From an uncultured delta proteobacterium (GTDB taxonomy: Bacteria > Desulfobacterota > Desulfobaccia > Desulfobaccales > 0-14-0-80-60-11): a stretch of 64,000 nucleotides of DNA. The DNA lies in NCBI GenBank assembly GCA_963812015.1, contig CAWETI010000003.1, positions 640,001 to 704,000 on the forward strand, given 5' to 3'. This document shows, one piece after another, positions 9,069-19,408 of the stretch. The stretch's first letter is position 1, and each line of letters starts with the position of its first letter. Under the pieces are notes generated by a model. The model made no database searches, was not told the origin of the DNA, and saw only the letters and a program-made list of their open reading frames with translations. A program made the translations under genes and the position numbers.

Positions 9069-9998
9069 ATGCAGCCAATTAAGATGCTCGCAATCGGTGG
9101 TTTGCTGCTCCTGTTGGCAGCGGGCTGTGCCCGGGTGCCGGCGGCGTCGGCCAGCCTGGAACCGTCGTTGGGGGCGCAGCAGACCTTTGACTATCACGGC
9201 GTCAAGATCAACTATTACGAGGCCGGGCAGGGGCCGCCGGTCATTCTGCTGCACGGGTTCGGAGGCTGTTCCTATTCCTGGCGCTTTCTGGCCCCGGCGC
9301 TGGCCACGGATCACCGGGTTTTTACGATCGATCTCAAAGGCTACGGCCTGTCGGACAAGCCCGAGGACGGCAACTACGCGGTGAGCGACCAGGCCGACCT
9401 GGTGGCGGCCTTCATCCGCACCCAGGACTTGCACGACCTGGTCATTATGGGCCATTCCATGGGCGGCGGGGTGACCCTGATGACCTATTTAAAGGTGCGG
9501 GAGGACAAACCTGCAAGGATCAAGAGCCTGGTGCTCATCGACAGCGCTGGGTATCCTCAAAAGATGCCCTGGTTCATCTGGCTCGCCAAGGCGCCCGTGC
9601 TCGGTTCGGTGGGAGGCAAGCTGATCTCGCCCCGGTTCGCGGCCGCCCAGGTGCTGAGAAAATGTTATTATTATAGAGATAAGATTACCGAAGAGCAGAT
9701 CGACACCTATGCCTATTACGGCAGCCTGCCGGGGGCCCGGGAGGCGGTGGTGCAGACCGCCAAGCAGATCGTGCCGGATGACATCGACGCCCTCATCGCC
9801 CAGTATAGGAGAGTCAGCGTGCCGGTCCTGATTATCTGGGGGGAGGAGGATGAGGTGGTGCCGCTGGATGTTGGCAAAAAATTTAAGCAAGATATCCCGA
9901 ACTCGGAGTTGGTCATCCTGCCCAAGTGCGGCCACATGCCGCCGGAAGAGGAGCCGGGGGCGACGACGCGACTGATTACAACTTTCCTGAAGAGGTGA
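9069..9998 (+). CDS. Alpha/beta-fold hydrolase, probable lipoprotein
   Basis: Lipobox LAAGC; LLHGFGG, DLKGYGLS, GHSMGG nucleophile elbow, GH near C-terminus. Confidence 0.88.
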   Translation: MQPIKMLAIGGLLLLLAAGCARVPAASASLEPSLGAQQTFDYHGVKINYYEAGQGPPVILLHGFGGCSYSWRFLAPALATDHRVFTIDLKGYGLSDKPEDGNYAVSDQADLVAAFIRTQDLHDLVIMGHSMGGGVTLMTYLKVREDKPARIKSLVLIDSAGYPQKMPWFIWLAKAPVLGSVGGKLISPRFAAAQVLRKCYYYRDKITEEQIDTYAYYGSLPGAREAVVQTAKQIVPDDIDALIAQYRRVSVPVLIIWGEEDEVVPLDVGKKFKQDIPNSELVILPKCGHMPPEEEPGATTRLITTFLKR

Positions 9999-10057
9999 TC
10001 ACTTAGAAGAACTTAGGGTGCGTCTTGGTAGCCAAGGAAGGTTTCTTTTTGCAAGAG

Positions 10058-10564
10058 ATGGATGATACAAAAAAAGGTGGCACAGGCGTCTCGCCTGTGC
10101 AGTCTTTTAAAATTACCCGAAGAACTCTACCACATTGGCAGGAGCCTGGAAGAGTATATTTCATTACCTGGCGCTGTAAAACGGGTGAAGTGCTTGCTTC
10201 CGAAGAACGCACCATTGCCCTGGAGGCGTTGAATTATTGGGATAGCCGCAAATGGACCCTTTACGCAGCGGTAATCATGCCCGACCATGTGCATGCCTTA
10301 GTGCAGCCGCTGGCTTTGCCTCAAAGTGCCGGGGTCTTTGATTTGGCGGAGATTATTCATAGCGTCAAGAGCTTCAGCGCTCACCAAATTAACCGCCTGA
10401 GAGGCAGCAGGGGGCCTCTTTGGCAAGACGAGCGCTATGATCGCATTGTCCGGGATGAAGCTGAATTTTTGGAGAAATGGCAGTATATTATTCACAATCC
10501 CTTAAAGAATGAATTGGCCCAAAGGTGGGAGGATTACCCCTGGCTCTATATAAAAAATGATTAA
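10058..10564 (+). mobile_element. REP-associated tyrosine transposase (RAYT/TnpA-REP, Y1 HUH family)
   Basis: RR.LPHW...G..YFITW, VIMPDHVH (HUH), WQ...YD..VRD, YI..NP; flanked by inverted REP hairpins. Confidence 0.85.
10076..10101 (+). repeat. REP hairpin, left copy (GGTG foot)
   Basis: GGTGGCACAGGCGTCTCGCCTGTGCA; 9-bp stem GCACAGGCG/CGCCTGTGC. Confidence 0.9.
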
Positions 10565-10569
10565 AAAGA

Positions 10570-10595
10570 TGCACAGGCGAGACGCCTGTGCCACC
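10570..10595 (-). repeat. REP hairpin, right copy (exact inverse of the left copy)
   Basis: TGCACAGGCGAGACGCCTGTGCCACC is the reverse complement of 10076-10101. Confidence 0.9.
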
Positions 10596-10636
10596 AAAAA
10601 ATATTTTTCAGATTTTATTTTAACAGGAGGATTAAC

Positions 10637-10921
10637 ATGGCAAGAAGGTCTGCAAAAAGTGTTAAAATTGACACGAACGTTAGGTGTAATAGGGTTTATC
10701 CTGTTGAAGAAACCAATAAAAATGTGAGAGAACTTAAAACTGTGGGTATGAAGCTATCAAGAGATCAAGCAATCCATCTTGCAAGAGTTTTATTAGCAGT
10801 TAGCCAAGAATGGGAAGAAATTGATATCACTGTATTTAGGCTAAAAAAAAGAAGGGCTGATGGAACTTATCAGATTACCGTTACAAGTCATCAACCTCAA
10901 GAATCTGAATCGGTAACTTAA
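10637..10921 (+). CDS. Hypothetical protein, AT-rich
   Basis: Strong AGGAGG RBS, 94-aa ORF, much lower GC than neighbours; no recognised motif. Confidence 0.65.
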   Translation: MARRSAKSVKIDTNVRCNRVYPVEETNKNVRELKTVGMKLSRDQAIHLARVLLAVSQEWEEIDITVFRLKKRRADGTYQITVTSHQPQESESVT

Positions 10922-10926
10922 AACAT

Positions 10927-11529
10927 ATGCGACCTTCATGGGATGAATACTTTATGCTCATCGCCAAGCTGGTGAGCACGCGGAGCACGTGCAACTCGCG
11001 GCCCACAGGGGCGGTGCTGGTGAAGGACAAGCAGATCCTGGCCACGGGCTACAACGGCTCCATGCCGGGGGCGCCGCACTGCTCCGACCAGGTCATGCCC
11101 GACGGCAGCCCCTATTGCCACCGCCGGGCCTTGAGAATCGCCGACGTGGACAAGTACAACTACTGCCGGGCATCTCATGCCGAGGCCAACGCCATCGCCC
11201 AGGCGGCCCGCTACGGCGTGGCCATCAAGGGGGCGACGCTCTACGTCACCTTGCAGCCCTGTTTCGTGTGCATCAAGCTTTTGGCCACGGCCCAGATCAA
11301 GCGGATTTACTTCGAGCTGGCCTATGGCTCCAAAGACACGGCCCGGGACGAGTTCTGGAAGGACGCGGTCGCCGCGGCAGGCTTCGAGGTCTTTGAGCCC
11401 CTGGCCATCACCCCGGGGGCCCTGGAATTTATCCTGCCGAGCCTGACGGGGATCACCTCCCGGCGGCGGCTGGCGGCCACCGCGGCGGCGGAGGAGCCGA
11501 ACTTCGTCGGCGCGGTGGAATCGGAGTAG
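10927..11529 (+). CDS. dCMP deaminase / ComEB-family deaminase
   Basis: RPSWDEYFM, RSTC..R..GA, ATGYNG, HAEANAI, PC..C zinc motif. Confidence 0.9.
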   Translation: MRPSWDEYFMLIAKLVSTRSTCNSRPTGAVLVKDKQILATGYNGSMPGAPHCSDQVMPDGSPYCHRRALRIADVDKYNYCRASHAEANAIAQAARYGVAIKGATLYVTLQPCFVCIKLLATAQIKRIYFELAYGSKDTARDEFWKDAVAAAGFEVFEPLAITPGALEFILPSLTGITSRRRLAATAAAEEPNFVGAVESE

Positions 11530-11546
11530 GGTGTCGATACGGCGCG

Positions 11547-11575
11547 GTAGGGGCGGGTTTAAAAGCCGCTCCTAG
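11547..11575. repeat. Degenerate GTAG-type REP
   Basis: GTAGGGGCGGGTTTAAAAGCCGCTCCTAG imperfect palindrome; related copy near 57066-57094. Confidence 0.6.
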
Positions 11576-11690
11576 GGTCTCAAATCCGATCAGAATCAAG
11601 AAATTTATTGCAATTTATTGAAAATTCAGGCATTAATGGGTAAGATGCTGGAATTAATAGATTTACTAATCGATTCTGGGTCAGAGCGCT

Positions 11691-13961
11691 ATGGCCAAAA
11701 GCGAAACGCCGAAAAATAAAAAGAAGAACAACTCCCGGAAGCCCAAGGCCGCGCCGGCGCTTCGGCCCGAGGCCGCGCCCGAGGTCACCTGGCAGCGGCG
11801 TTTGGGCCAGGAGATGGCGGCCGTGCTGCTGCTGGGGCTGGCCGGATTTTTCCTGCTGGCCCTTTGGAGCCATTCCCTGGCTGACCCCCAGGGGATGGTG
11901 GCGGTCTTTAAGGCTGCCGGGGTCCACAACGCCGCGGGCAAGGCCGGGGCCCTGATGGCGGCGTACTGCATCTGGAGCCTGGGTCTGGCTTCCTTCTGGA
12001 TTCCCCTGATGTTTTTAGGCCTGGCCTGGCAGTCTCACCACGAGGGGCTGGAGGACCTGGGCTGGGTGCAAACGGTGTCGGCCCTGGGAGTGTTGCTGGC
12101 GTCGGCGGGGCTATTGTCCCTGGGGTGGCCCGCGGTCAGTTGGGGCGGCGATTTACTGTATGGCGGCGGGGGGTTGGGAAACCTCATCGCCGGGACTCTG
12201 CGTTCCGGTCTCAATCCCGCCGGGGCGGCCCTGGGGTTGGGGCTGATCCTGCTCATCAGTATCATGGGGGCCACCCGCCTGTCGTACGTGGGGCTCATGG
12301 CCCTCCTGGGCCAGGGGCTTAGGTCCGCCTGGGGTAAGGTGAGGCGGCGAGAAGAGGAACTGCCGGAGGCGCCCCCTTACACCCCCCGGCGGCCGACCAT
12401 CGGACGCCAGGTCATCACCCAGGCCAGGGATCAGGCGGAAGCGCCGGTGCTGATGCCGTCGGTTTCGCTGCCGCCCACTCCGGCGCCGGAGGCTACCGGC
12501 CCTAAATCCCGGAAAGCCGCGCCCACCCCGGGGACCTATACCTTACCGAGCCTGGACCTCCTGGACCCGTCGCCGCCCTGGAACCACCAGGTGCAGGAAA
12601 ACGCCATGCTGGCCCAGGCCGAAAAGCTGGAGAACACCCTGCGCCATTTCGGGGTGGAGGGCCGGGTGACCGCCATCATGACCGGGCCGGTGGTGAGCCG
12701 TTTCGAATACGAGCCGGCCCTGGGCGTCAAGATCAGCAAGATCACCGGGTTGGCCGACGACCTGGCCCTGGCCCTGAAAGCCTTGTCCATCCGCATCGTG
12801 GCGCCGGTGCCGGGCAAGGGGGTGTTGGGGATCGAGGTGCCCAACCCCAAGCGCCAGGTGGTGGCCTTACGAGAGATCCTGGCGGAATCAGCCTATCAGA
12901 AGTCCGCCTCCCGCCTGACCCTGGCCCTGGGCAAAGACATCATGGGGGCCCCGGTGGTCACCGACCTGGCCAAGATGCCCCACCTCCTCATCGCCGGGGC
13001 CACCGGCAGCGGCAAGAGCGTGGGCCTCAACGCCATGATCCTGAGCATCCTCTTCAAGGCCACCCCGGAGGAGGTGCGCTTCCTGCTGGTGGACCCCAAG
13101 CGCATCGAGCTGTCCATGTACGAGGATATCCCCCACCTGCTCCACCCGGTGGTGTTCAATCCCAAGGAGGCCACTACCGCGCTCCATTGGGCCGTGGGGG
13201 AGATGGAGCGCCGCTATGCCCTGCTGAGCGATTTGAGCGTGCGCAACATCGAAGGCTACAACCAGAAGGCCAAGGTCAAGAAGGCGGACCCCCGGATCGA
13301 GGAAGGGATAATGCCCCGGGGTCTGCCCTACCTGGTCATCGTCATCGATGAGCTGGCGGACCTGATGATGGTGTCTTCCCGGGACACGGAAGAGTACCTG
13401 ATCAGGCTGGCCCAGAAGGCCCGGGCCTCGGGCATCCACCTGATCGTGGCCACCCAGCGGCCCTCGGTGGACGTCATCACCGGGCTCATCAAGGCCAACT
13501 TTCCCACCCGCATCTCCTACCAGGTGTCGGCCCGGACGGACTCCCGGGTCATCCTGGACGCCATGGGGGCCGAGCGACTCCTGGGCATGGGGGACCTCTT
13601 GTTCATGCCGCCGGGCACCTCCCGCCTGAAGCGCATCCACGGCCCCTACGTCACGGACGAGGAAGTCACCCGGGTGACGGAGTACCTGAAGGCCCAGGCG
13701 GCGCCGGAGTATGAGGCCGGGATTACGGAGATGCGGGAGGCGGAAGAGGAGGTCGCCGAAAACGGCGAGAAGGACGAGAAGTACGCCGACGCGGTGGAAC
13801 TGGTGGCCGAGACCCGGAACGCCTCCATCTCCATGCTGCAGCGCCGGCTCCGGGTGGGCTACAACCGGGCGGCCCGGATCATCGAAACCATGGAAAAAGA
13901 GGGCCTCATCGGCCCCTCGGACGGCATCAAGCCCCGGGAGGTTTACGTCTCGAGGCGGTGA
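11691..13961 (+). CDS. ftsK: DNA translocase FtsK
   Basis: N-terminal TM region, PHLLIAGATGSGKSV, DPK.IELS, IDELADLMM, ATQRPSVDVITGLIKAN, gamma domain QRRLRVGYNRAAR. Confidence 0.97.
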   Translation: MAKSETPKNKKKNNSRKPKAAPALRPEAAPEVTWQRRLGQEMAAVLLLGLAGFFLLALWSHSLADPQGMVAVFKAAGVHNAAGKAGALMAAYCIWSLGLASFWIPLMFLGLAWQSHHEGLEDLGWVQTVSALGVLLASAGLLSLGWPAVSWGGDLLYGGGGLGNLIAGTLRSGLNPAGAALGLGLILLISIMGATRLSYVGLMALLGQGLRSAWGKVRRREEELPEAPPYTPRRPTIGRQVITQARDQAEAPVLMPSVSLPPTPAPEATGPKSRKAAPTPGTYTLPSLDLLDPSPPWNHQVQENAMLAQAEKLENTLRHFGVEGRVTAIMTGPVVSRFEYEPALGVKISKITGLADDLALALKALSIRIVAPVPGKGVLGIEVPNPKRQVVALREILAESAYQKSASRLTLALGKDIMGAPVVTDLAKMPHLLIAGATGSGKSVGLNAMILSILFKATPEEVRFLLVDPKRIELSMYEDIPHLLHPVVFNPKEATTALHWAVGEMERRYALLSDLSVRNIEGYNQKAKVKKADPRIEEGIMPRGLPYLVIVIDELADLMMVSSRDTEEYLIRLAQKARASGIHLIVATQRPSVDVITGLIKANFPTRISYQVSARTDSRVILDAMGAERLLGMGDLLFMPPGTSRLKRIHGPYVTDEEVTRVTEYLKAQAAPEYEAGITEMREAEEEVAENGEKDEKYADAVELVAETRNASISMLQRRLRVGYNRAARIIETMEKEGLIGPSDGIKPREVYVSRR

Positions 13962-14006
13962 CGGGATATGAAAGTGCTGCGGTAAAGTTGATTTCCAGTG
14001 CTCTCA

Positions 14007-14126
14007 TACCGAGTTGCCAACAAACGACAATTTTTTGTAGGGGCGGACCCATGTGTCCGCCCTGGCTTGAGGGCGCACGCGCGGGTGCGCCCCTACAATG
14101 CCGCATTTTTTGATTGCAACTCGGTA
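14007..14126. mobile_element. MITE family A (TACC...GGTA ends, TCA target duplication) carrying a REP doublet
   Basis: Perfect 11-bp TIR TACCGAGTTGC/GCAACTCGGTA flanked by TCA on both sides; internal GTAGGGGCGGACCCATGTGTCCGCCC...GGGCGCACGCGCGGGTGCGCCCCTAC. Confidence 0.8.
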
Positions 14127-14153
14127 TCAGGGCGCCACCGATTACATTGAGCT

Positions 14154-15578
14154 TTAACCGGCCCTGCCGGCGCTAACCGGAATAATAAAGGCTATCCGAG
14201 TTCCTTTGCCTTCTTCACTCTCGATCTCCAGAGAGCCTCCCATCATGCGCGCCCGTTCTTGCATGGCCATCAAGCCAAGGCCGCGACGGGTTGGATCGCC
14301 TAAAACTTCATTCACTCTAAAGCCTTTGCCGTTGTCCGCCACCATAAAGGCAACCTGACCATCTTCTCGCTGCATGGCGATGGTGAGCCGGGAGGCCTGG
14401 GCGTATTTGCCGATGTTGGTCAAAGACTCCTGGAAGAGCCGGTAGATGTTGATCTGCGCTTCCCGGGGGAAGAGTTCGTCCAGGCCCTTTATCGGGTGGA
14501 TATCGGCCTGAATATCATAGCTTCGGGAAAATTCTTCAATGAGGCGCTTCAAAGCCGAGGATAACCCCAAGTCCCTCACCATCGTGGGGCTCAAGTCCCG
14601 GGCCAGGCGCCGGACCTCATCCACCAACCGGTCCATTTGCCGAATCATCTCCTGGAATTTTATCCTGATGGCGGGCTGGTTCTCCCCCAGCTTCTTGGCA
14701 ATGCGGTTGGCCTGGAGTTTCAAGACCAGCAACGACTGCCCCAGCTCATCGTGCAATTCCCGGGAGATCCGCTCCCGCTCGCGCTCCTGGGCGTTCAAGA
14801 GCTGGGACGCCATGTAACGCAGGTTTAACTCCGCCTGTTTGCGCTCGGTAATGTCAATGCCCAGGGTTAAGACCAGCAGAGCATCATCGGTGCAGAACGG
14901 ATAATTGTAGAGCTCATAGGTGCGGGCATCAAGGGGGGAGGCCCACTCAAATTTTTGCGGAACCTTGGTCTTCAGAACCTCGAAGGCCCGACAATCCTCA
15001 CACGGTTCGCTTCTGCCCCGAATGACCTCGTAGCAGGGTTTATCCCCCGGTTCACCAAAGATCTCGATGAACCGACGGTTGGCAAATCGGATCAGGTGAT
15101 CCGCCGACTTCAGGTGAACAAAAGCGGGCAGGCTATTCAGCAAGGAATAGAGCTTTTTCCGTTCCACCTCCAAGGCTGTCTCAGCCTTTTTGCGCTCGGT
15201 GGCATAGCGAATGGTGCGCAGCAGCAGCGTGGAGTCGGCTTCACCTTTAAAAAGATAATCCTGGGCTCCCTGCCGGACCGCGGTGAGGGCCAGGGTTTTA
15301 TCGGCCAAGCCGGTCAAGACCACGAAGGGCACTCGCGGGGCCTGCGAGTGCGCCTTGATGAAGGTGTCCAACCCCTGGCTGTCCGGCAAATCCAAATCCA
15401 GTAACACCAGGTCGATATCTCTCTGGCCCAAGCGTTCCAGCCCCTCGGCAAGCCTGGACAAGCACTCTATGGCAAAACCTTGCCCCCCGGTGTCGGCCAA
15501 CATCTCCCTGATAAGGCGGGCGTCGCCCGGATTATCTTCTATCAGCAGGATTTTCATGGGTGTATCTGCCATCTTCAT
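14154..15578 (-). CDS. Hybrid REC-PAS-histidine kinase (HisKA_3/NarX-like)
   Basis: KILLIEDN, LLDLDLPD receiver; QERERERISRELHDELGQ H-box; QESLTNI.KYA, DNGKGF, GLGL..M.ER. Confidence 0.9.
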   Translation of the reverse strand: MKMADTPMKILLIEDNPGDARLIREMLADTGGQGFAIECLSRLAEGLERLGQRDIDLVLLDLDLPDSQGLDTFIKAHSQAPRVPFVVLTGLADKTLALTAVRQGAQDYLFKGEADSTLLLRTIRYATERKKAETALEVERKKLYSLLNSLPAFVHLKSADHLIRFANRRFIEIFGEPGDKPCYEVIRGRSEPCEDCRAFEVLKTKVPQKFEWASPLDARTYELYNYPFCTDDALLVLTLGIDITERKQAELNLRYMASQLLNAQERERERISRELHDELGQSLLVLKLQANRIAKKLGENQPAIRIKFQEMIRQMDRLVDEVRRLARDLSPTMVRDLGLSSALKRLIEEFSRSYDIQADIHPIKGLDELFPREAQINIYRLFQESLTNIGKYAQASRLTIAMQREDGQVAFMVADNGKGFRVNEVLGDPTRRGLGLMAMQERARMMGGSLEIESEEGKGTRIAFIIPVSAGRAG

Positions 15579-16030
15579 TACCTTGGCGGCAGCATGACCA
15601 CGGTCAACCAGAAGTTTTCGATGGACTTCACCACTTCGAGAAACTGGTCGAGGTCCACCGGTTTGGTGATATAGCAGTTGGCGTGCAGGTTATAGCTCTT
15701 GACAATGTCCTGTTCGGCCTGGGAGACCGTCAGGATTACCACGGGGATGCGTCTGAGGTCGGGGTCTTCTTTAATCTCTGCCAAGACCTCCCGGCCGTTT
15801 TTCTTGGGTAGGTTCAGGTCCAGGAGGACCAGGTCCGGGCGGGCAGCCTCGGCATAACGCCCTTCCCGCCGGAGGAACGCCATGGCCTCCACCCCGTCCG
15901 CCACGGTGTGGAAGTTGTTCCGGACCTTGCCCTCCTTGAGGGCTTCCACCGTCAGGCGGACGTCGCCGGGATTGTCTTCCACCATCAAAATCTCGATGGG
16001 CCGACAGGCCTCCTTGCTAATTCCCTTCAT
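15578..16030 (-). CDS. Single-domain response regulator (Rcp1-like)
   Basis: [40 protein letters not shown]. Confidence 0.92.
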   Translation of the reverse strand: MKGISKEACRPIEILMVEDNPGDVRLTVEALKEGKVRNNFHTVADGVEAMAFLRREGRYAEAARPDLVLLDLNLPKKNGREVLAEIKEDPDLRRIPVVILTVSQAEQDIVKSYNLHANCYITKPVDLDQFLEVVKSIENFWLTVVMLPPR

Positions 16031-17162
16031 GGCTGTCCTCTCCAGGGATGCTGAAATAAAAGGTAGAACCTTGACCCGGCTGCGACTCTACCCAGATGCG
16101 GCCCCCATGGCGTTCGACAATTTTTTTGCACAGGGCCAAACCGATGCCGGTGCCGGGATACTCGGAGCGATGATGCAAACGCTGAAAGATCGAAAAGATG
16201 CGCTCCTGGTGCTCCGGTGCGATGCCAATCCCGTTATCCTTGATGGCGAAAACCCATTCAGGTCCGCTATTCTGCGCGGAGACCTGAATCCGGGGGGACT
16301 CTGGGCCGCGAAACTTGATGGCGTTGGCGATCAGGTTTTGGAATAACTGGAGGAGTTGCACTTCATCACCCAGCACCGTGGGTAAGGGCTCATGGGTGAT
16401 GACCGCGCCGCTCTCTTCTATGACTTTCATCAGGTTGTCCAGGGCCTCTTTGAAGATGGCCTGGCAATCCGCGGGTTTAAAAGGTTTGCCCCGGGTCCCC
16501 ACCCGGGAGTAAGCGAGTAAATCGTTGATGAGCCGCTGCATGCGGGTGGCGCCATCCACCGCGTAGCCGATAAACTCGTCGGCGTCCTGGTCGAGTTTAC
16601 CCCGGTAGCGTTTTCCCAGGAGTTGCGTAAAGCTCGACACCATCCGCAGCGGTTCCTGTAGATCATGGGAGGCCACGTTGGCAAACTGCTCCAATTCCGC
16701 ATTGGAGCGCGCCAGTTCCCCGGCGTATCGGGCCAACTGCTGTTCCGCCCGCCGACGCTCATCCAGTTCCACGGACAGGCGGATGTTGGCATCTTGCAGT
16801 TCCTCGGTGCGCTGCCGCACCTGGATCTCCAGGTCATCCCGGGACCGGCGCAGCACTTCGGCGGCCTGTTGGATGGTGTGAAATAAGCTGGGTATCGTTA
16901 ATACCCCGGCCAGCATGAGGGCTGAAATGGTCACCGCGGTTACATCATCCCCAAGATGCGGGGGGGGTGGGCTGCCGGCCAGCAATCTCCAGAGGGAGAT
17001 CGACCGCCGGATGGCCATGATACAAAAGGCGCTGGAAATCAGGATCCAGGAGACCCGCCCACCGGTGACTCGGATCAACCGCAAAGCAAATAACGCCGCC
17101 GTAAGCTGGAGCAGCACTGCCGTAGTCTGGAGCAGCGCGGATGCAGCGTATGTCACGTCCAT
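16017..17162 (-). CDS. Membrane-anchored sensor histidine kinase (Cph1-like HisKA)
   Basis: N-terminal TM helices, [52 protein letters not shown]. Confidence 0.92.
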   Translation of the reverse strand: MDVTYAASALLQTTAVLLQLTAALFALRLIRVTGGRVSWILISSAFCIMAIRRSISLWRLLAGSPPPPHLGDDVTAVTISALMLAGVLTIPSLFHTIQQAAEVLRRSRDDLEIQVRQRTEELQDANIRLSVELDERRRAEQQLARYAGELARSNAELEQFANVASHDLQEPLRMVSSFTQLLGKRYRGKLDQDADEFIGYAVDGATRMQRLINDLLAYSRVGTRGKPFKPADCQAIFKEALDNLMKVIEESGAVITHEPLPTVLGDEVQLLQLFQNLIANAIKFRGPESPRIQVSAQNSGPEWVFAIKDNGIGIAPEHQERIFSIFQRLHHRSEYPGTGIGLALCKKIVERHGGRIWVESQPGQGSTFYFSIPGEDSHEGN

Positions 17163-17312
17163 ATATTTGTTTGTACTCGGAAACGTCACCGAAGTCCATC
17201 ACAAAGAGACAATCCCCAAGGGCCCGATTTATGGGGGCGGCTCAGCGTCAGACCTGACTGAGATAGGGGGAAATTCTCTTCAAACTCGCTTGAATCATAG
17301 AGAGATTAAGCG

Positions 17313-17346
17313 ATTGTCAACCTAGATTAATTAATTGGTTGACAAT
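17313..17346. promoter_or_regulatory. BirA (biotin repressor) operator
   Basis: ATTGTCAACC-N14-GGTTGACAAT perfect palindrome directly upstream of bioB. Confidence 0.88.
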
Positions 17347-17359
17347 GGGATGGGCTTAG

Positions 17360-18371
17360 GTGATGCTTTTTTGGATGCGATATTCTGATTGGGAAGAGAT
17401 TTTCCGTCTTACGTGGTCGGAGTTGTGGTCCTGGTTGGCAGAGGCCAGCCGGGTCCGGGAGCAGCATTGCGGGCGGCGGGTCAGCTTCTGCGTCATCATC
17501 AATGCCAAGTCCGGCATGTGCTCCGAGGACTGCGCCTTTTGCTCCCAGTCGGCCAAGGCCACCAGCCAGGCGGCCCACTATCCCCTGCTGTCCCGAGGAG
17601 AACTGGTGGCCGCGGCGGAACAGGCGGCCGCGGCGGGGGCCTCGCGCTTCTCCCTGGTGACCGCGGGCCGGGGAGTCGTATCGCCCCGGGACCAGAAGGC
17701 GATTCTCAGCCGCGGTGGCCGCCATCAAAGAGGCCGTGCCCATCCGCATCTGCGCCTCCCTGGGGATTGTGGACCGAGGCTTCCTTACGGAGTTGAAGGC
17801 GGCGGGGCTGTACCGTTTCCACCACAACCTGGAGAGCGCGGGCTCATTTTTCCCCCAAATTTGCACGACCCACAGCTTTGCCGAGCGGGTGGCCACCATT
17901 GAGGCGGCCCAAGCAGCCGGCTTGTCCGTGTGCGCCGGGGGGATTTTCGGGTTGGGGGAAACTTTAGCCCAGCGGTGGGAGATGGCCCAGACGCTCAAAA
18001 CCCTGGGCGTGGATGCCATTCCCCTCAATTTTCTCCACCCCTTGGCCGGCACCCCCCTGGCCCAGCGCCCGTTGCTGGCCCCCTTGGAGGCCCTGAAGAT
18101 CGTTTTGGCCTTTCGTTTCCTGTTCCCGGAGCGCTCGGTCATCATCTGCGGCGGCCGCCAGGTCACCCTGCGCTCCCTTTCTCCCCTGCTGTTCGCGGCG
18201 GGGGCCGATGCCCTGATGACCGGGGATTACCTCACCACCCGGGGCCGGATGCCGGATGAGGACCGGCAGATGCTGGCGGATTTGGGATTGGAGCTGGTGC
18301 AAGAGAACCATGAGCCGGAAACGAGGCGGGATGTAAAGAGCATGGAGCACCGCCGCTCTCGGCGAGGTTAG
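17360..18371 (+). pseudogene. bioB: Biotin synthase with a frameshift near 17708
   Basis: 5' frame: INAKSG.CSEDC.FCSQS, RFSLVT.G. 3' frame: CASLG, HHNLE, CAGGIFGLGE, IPLNFL, GGRQ, MTGDYLTT. Frames join at ATT CTC [A] GCC GCG GTG. Confidence 0.85.
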
Positions 18372-18473
18372 GCCGGCAGGGGCGCCGGCGCTACATTTTG
18401 CCGCCTCTTGCATGGAATTTGCTGCACTGGGTTTTAAAACAATTTTTTTAGAGGTTTTGAGAAGGAAAGGCGT

Positions 18474-19244
18474 GTGAACCTGGAATTGCCACCGCTTCCC
18501 CCCCTCCGGGGGGTCTTTATCACCGGCACGAATACGGATGTGGGCAAGACTTGGGTGGCCGCGGGGCTGACCGCGGCGCTCAGGCAACAGGGGGTGAAGG
18601 CGGTTTATTTCAAACCGATGCAGAGCGGCTGCCCCCTGGCGGGCGGGCGCCTGATCCCCACCGATGCCCGGTTTGCCCGCAGGCTGACCGGCTTGGATGA
18701 GCCCCTGGAAGTCCTCACCCCCATCGCCCTGGGACTGCCCCTGGCCCCCGGAGTGGCCGCAGCCCAAGCGGGGGTGGAGGTGGATCTGGGGCGTATTGCC
18801 GCGGGTATAGAGGACCTGGCGGGGCGGTATGAAATTCTGGTGGTGGAAGGCGCCGGGGGGTTGTATGTCCCCTTGATCGGCACCCACTTTCTGGTCCTGG
18901 ACCTGATCCGGTGGCTGGGCTTACCCCTGGCGGTGGTGGCCAAATCCGGCTTGGGGACCATCAACCACACGGTTCTCACTGTCAAGGCGGCGCTGGCGGC
19001 CGGCATCCGGGTGGCGGGGGTCATCCTCAACCGCTATCCCGAGCATCCGGGGCTGGCGGAGGCGACCAATCCCGGGGTGATCGAGGCCCTCACCGGGGTG
19101 CCCATCTTGGGAAGGCTGCCGGAAGTGGCGGATATTACTTCCGCCGAGGGCCGGGAGGTCTTTCTGGCGGCGCTGGCGGCGGTGGCCGATAAGCTGGCGG
19201 GCTTTTCAGGGAGGGGGCTGGGGGCTTTTTCGTATTTTTCGTAA
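18474..19244 (+). CDS. bioD: Dethiobiotin synthase
   Basis: FITGTNTDVGKT, FKPMQSG, VVEGAGG, LGTINHT. Confidence 0.95.
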   Translation: MNLELPPLPPLRGVFITGTNTDVGKTWVAAGLTAALRQQGVKAVYFKPMQSGCPLAGGRLIPTDARFARRLTGLDEPLEVLTPIALGLPLAPGVAAAQAGVEVDLGRIAAGIEDLAGRYEILVVEGAGGLYVPLIGTHFLVLDLIRWLGLPLAVVAKSGLGTINHTVLTVKAALAAGIRVAGVILNRYPEHPGLAEATNPGVIEALTGVPILGRLPEVADITSAEGREVFLAALAAVADKLAGFSGRGLGAFSYFS

Positions 19245-19408
19245 GTGGCCACTTACAATCCCTCCCTGAAACCCTTCCCCAACCCCCATACAGAAGGCAG
19301 GGCGAGGAGTTTGGGGGAGGGAGGGTAAATAGCTTTTCCGTGTCCTGTCCTCAAAAAAGATTGATTGCCCGATGACCCGATGAATATCTATCCCAGGCTC
19401 GAATCAGC

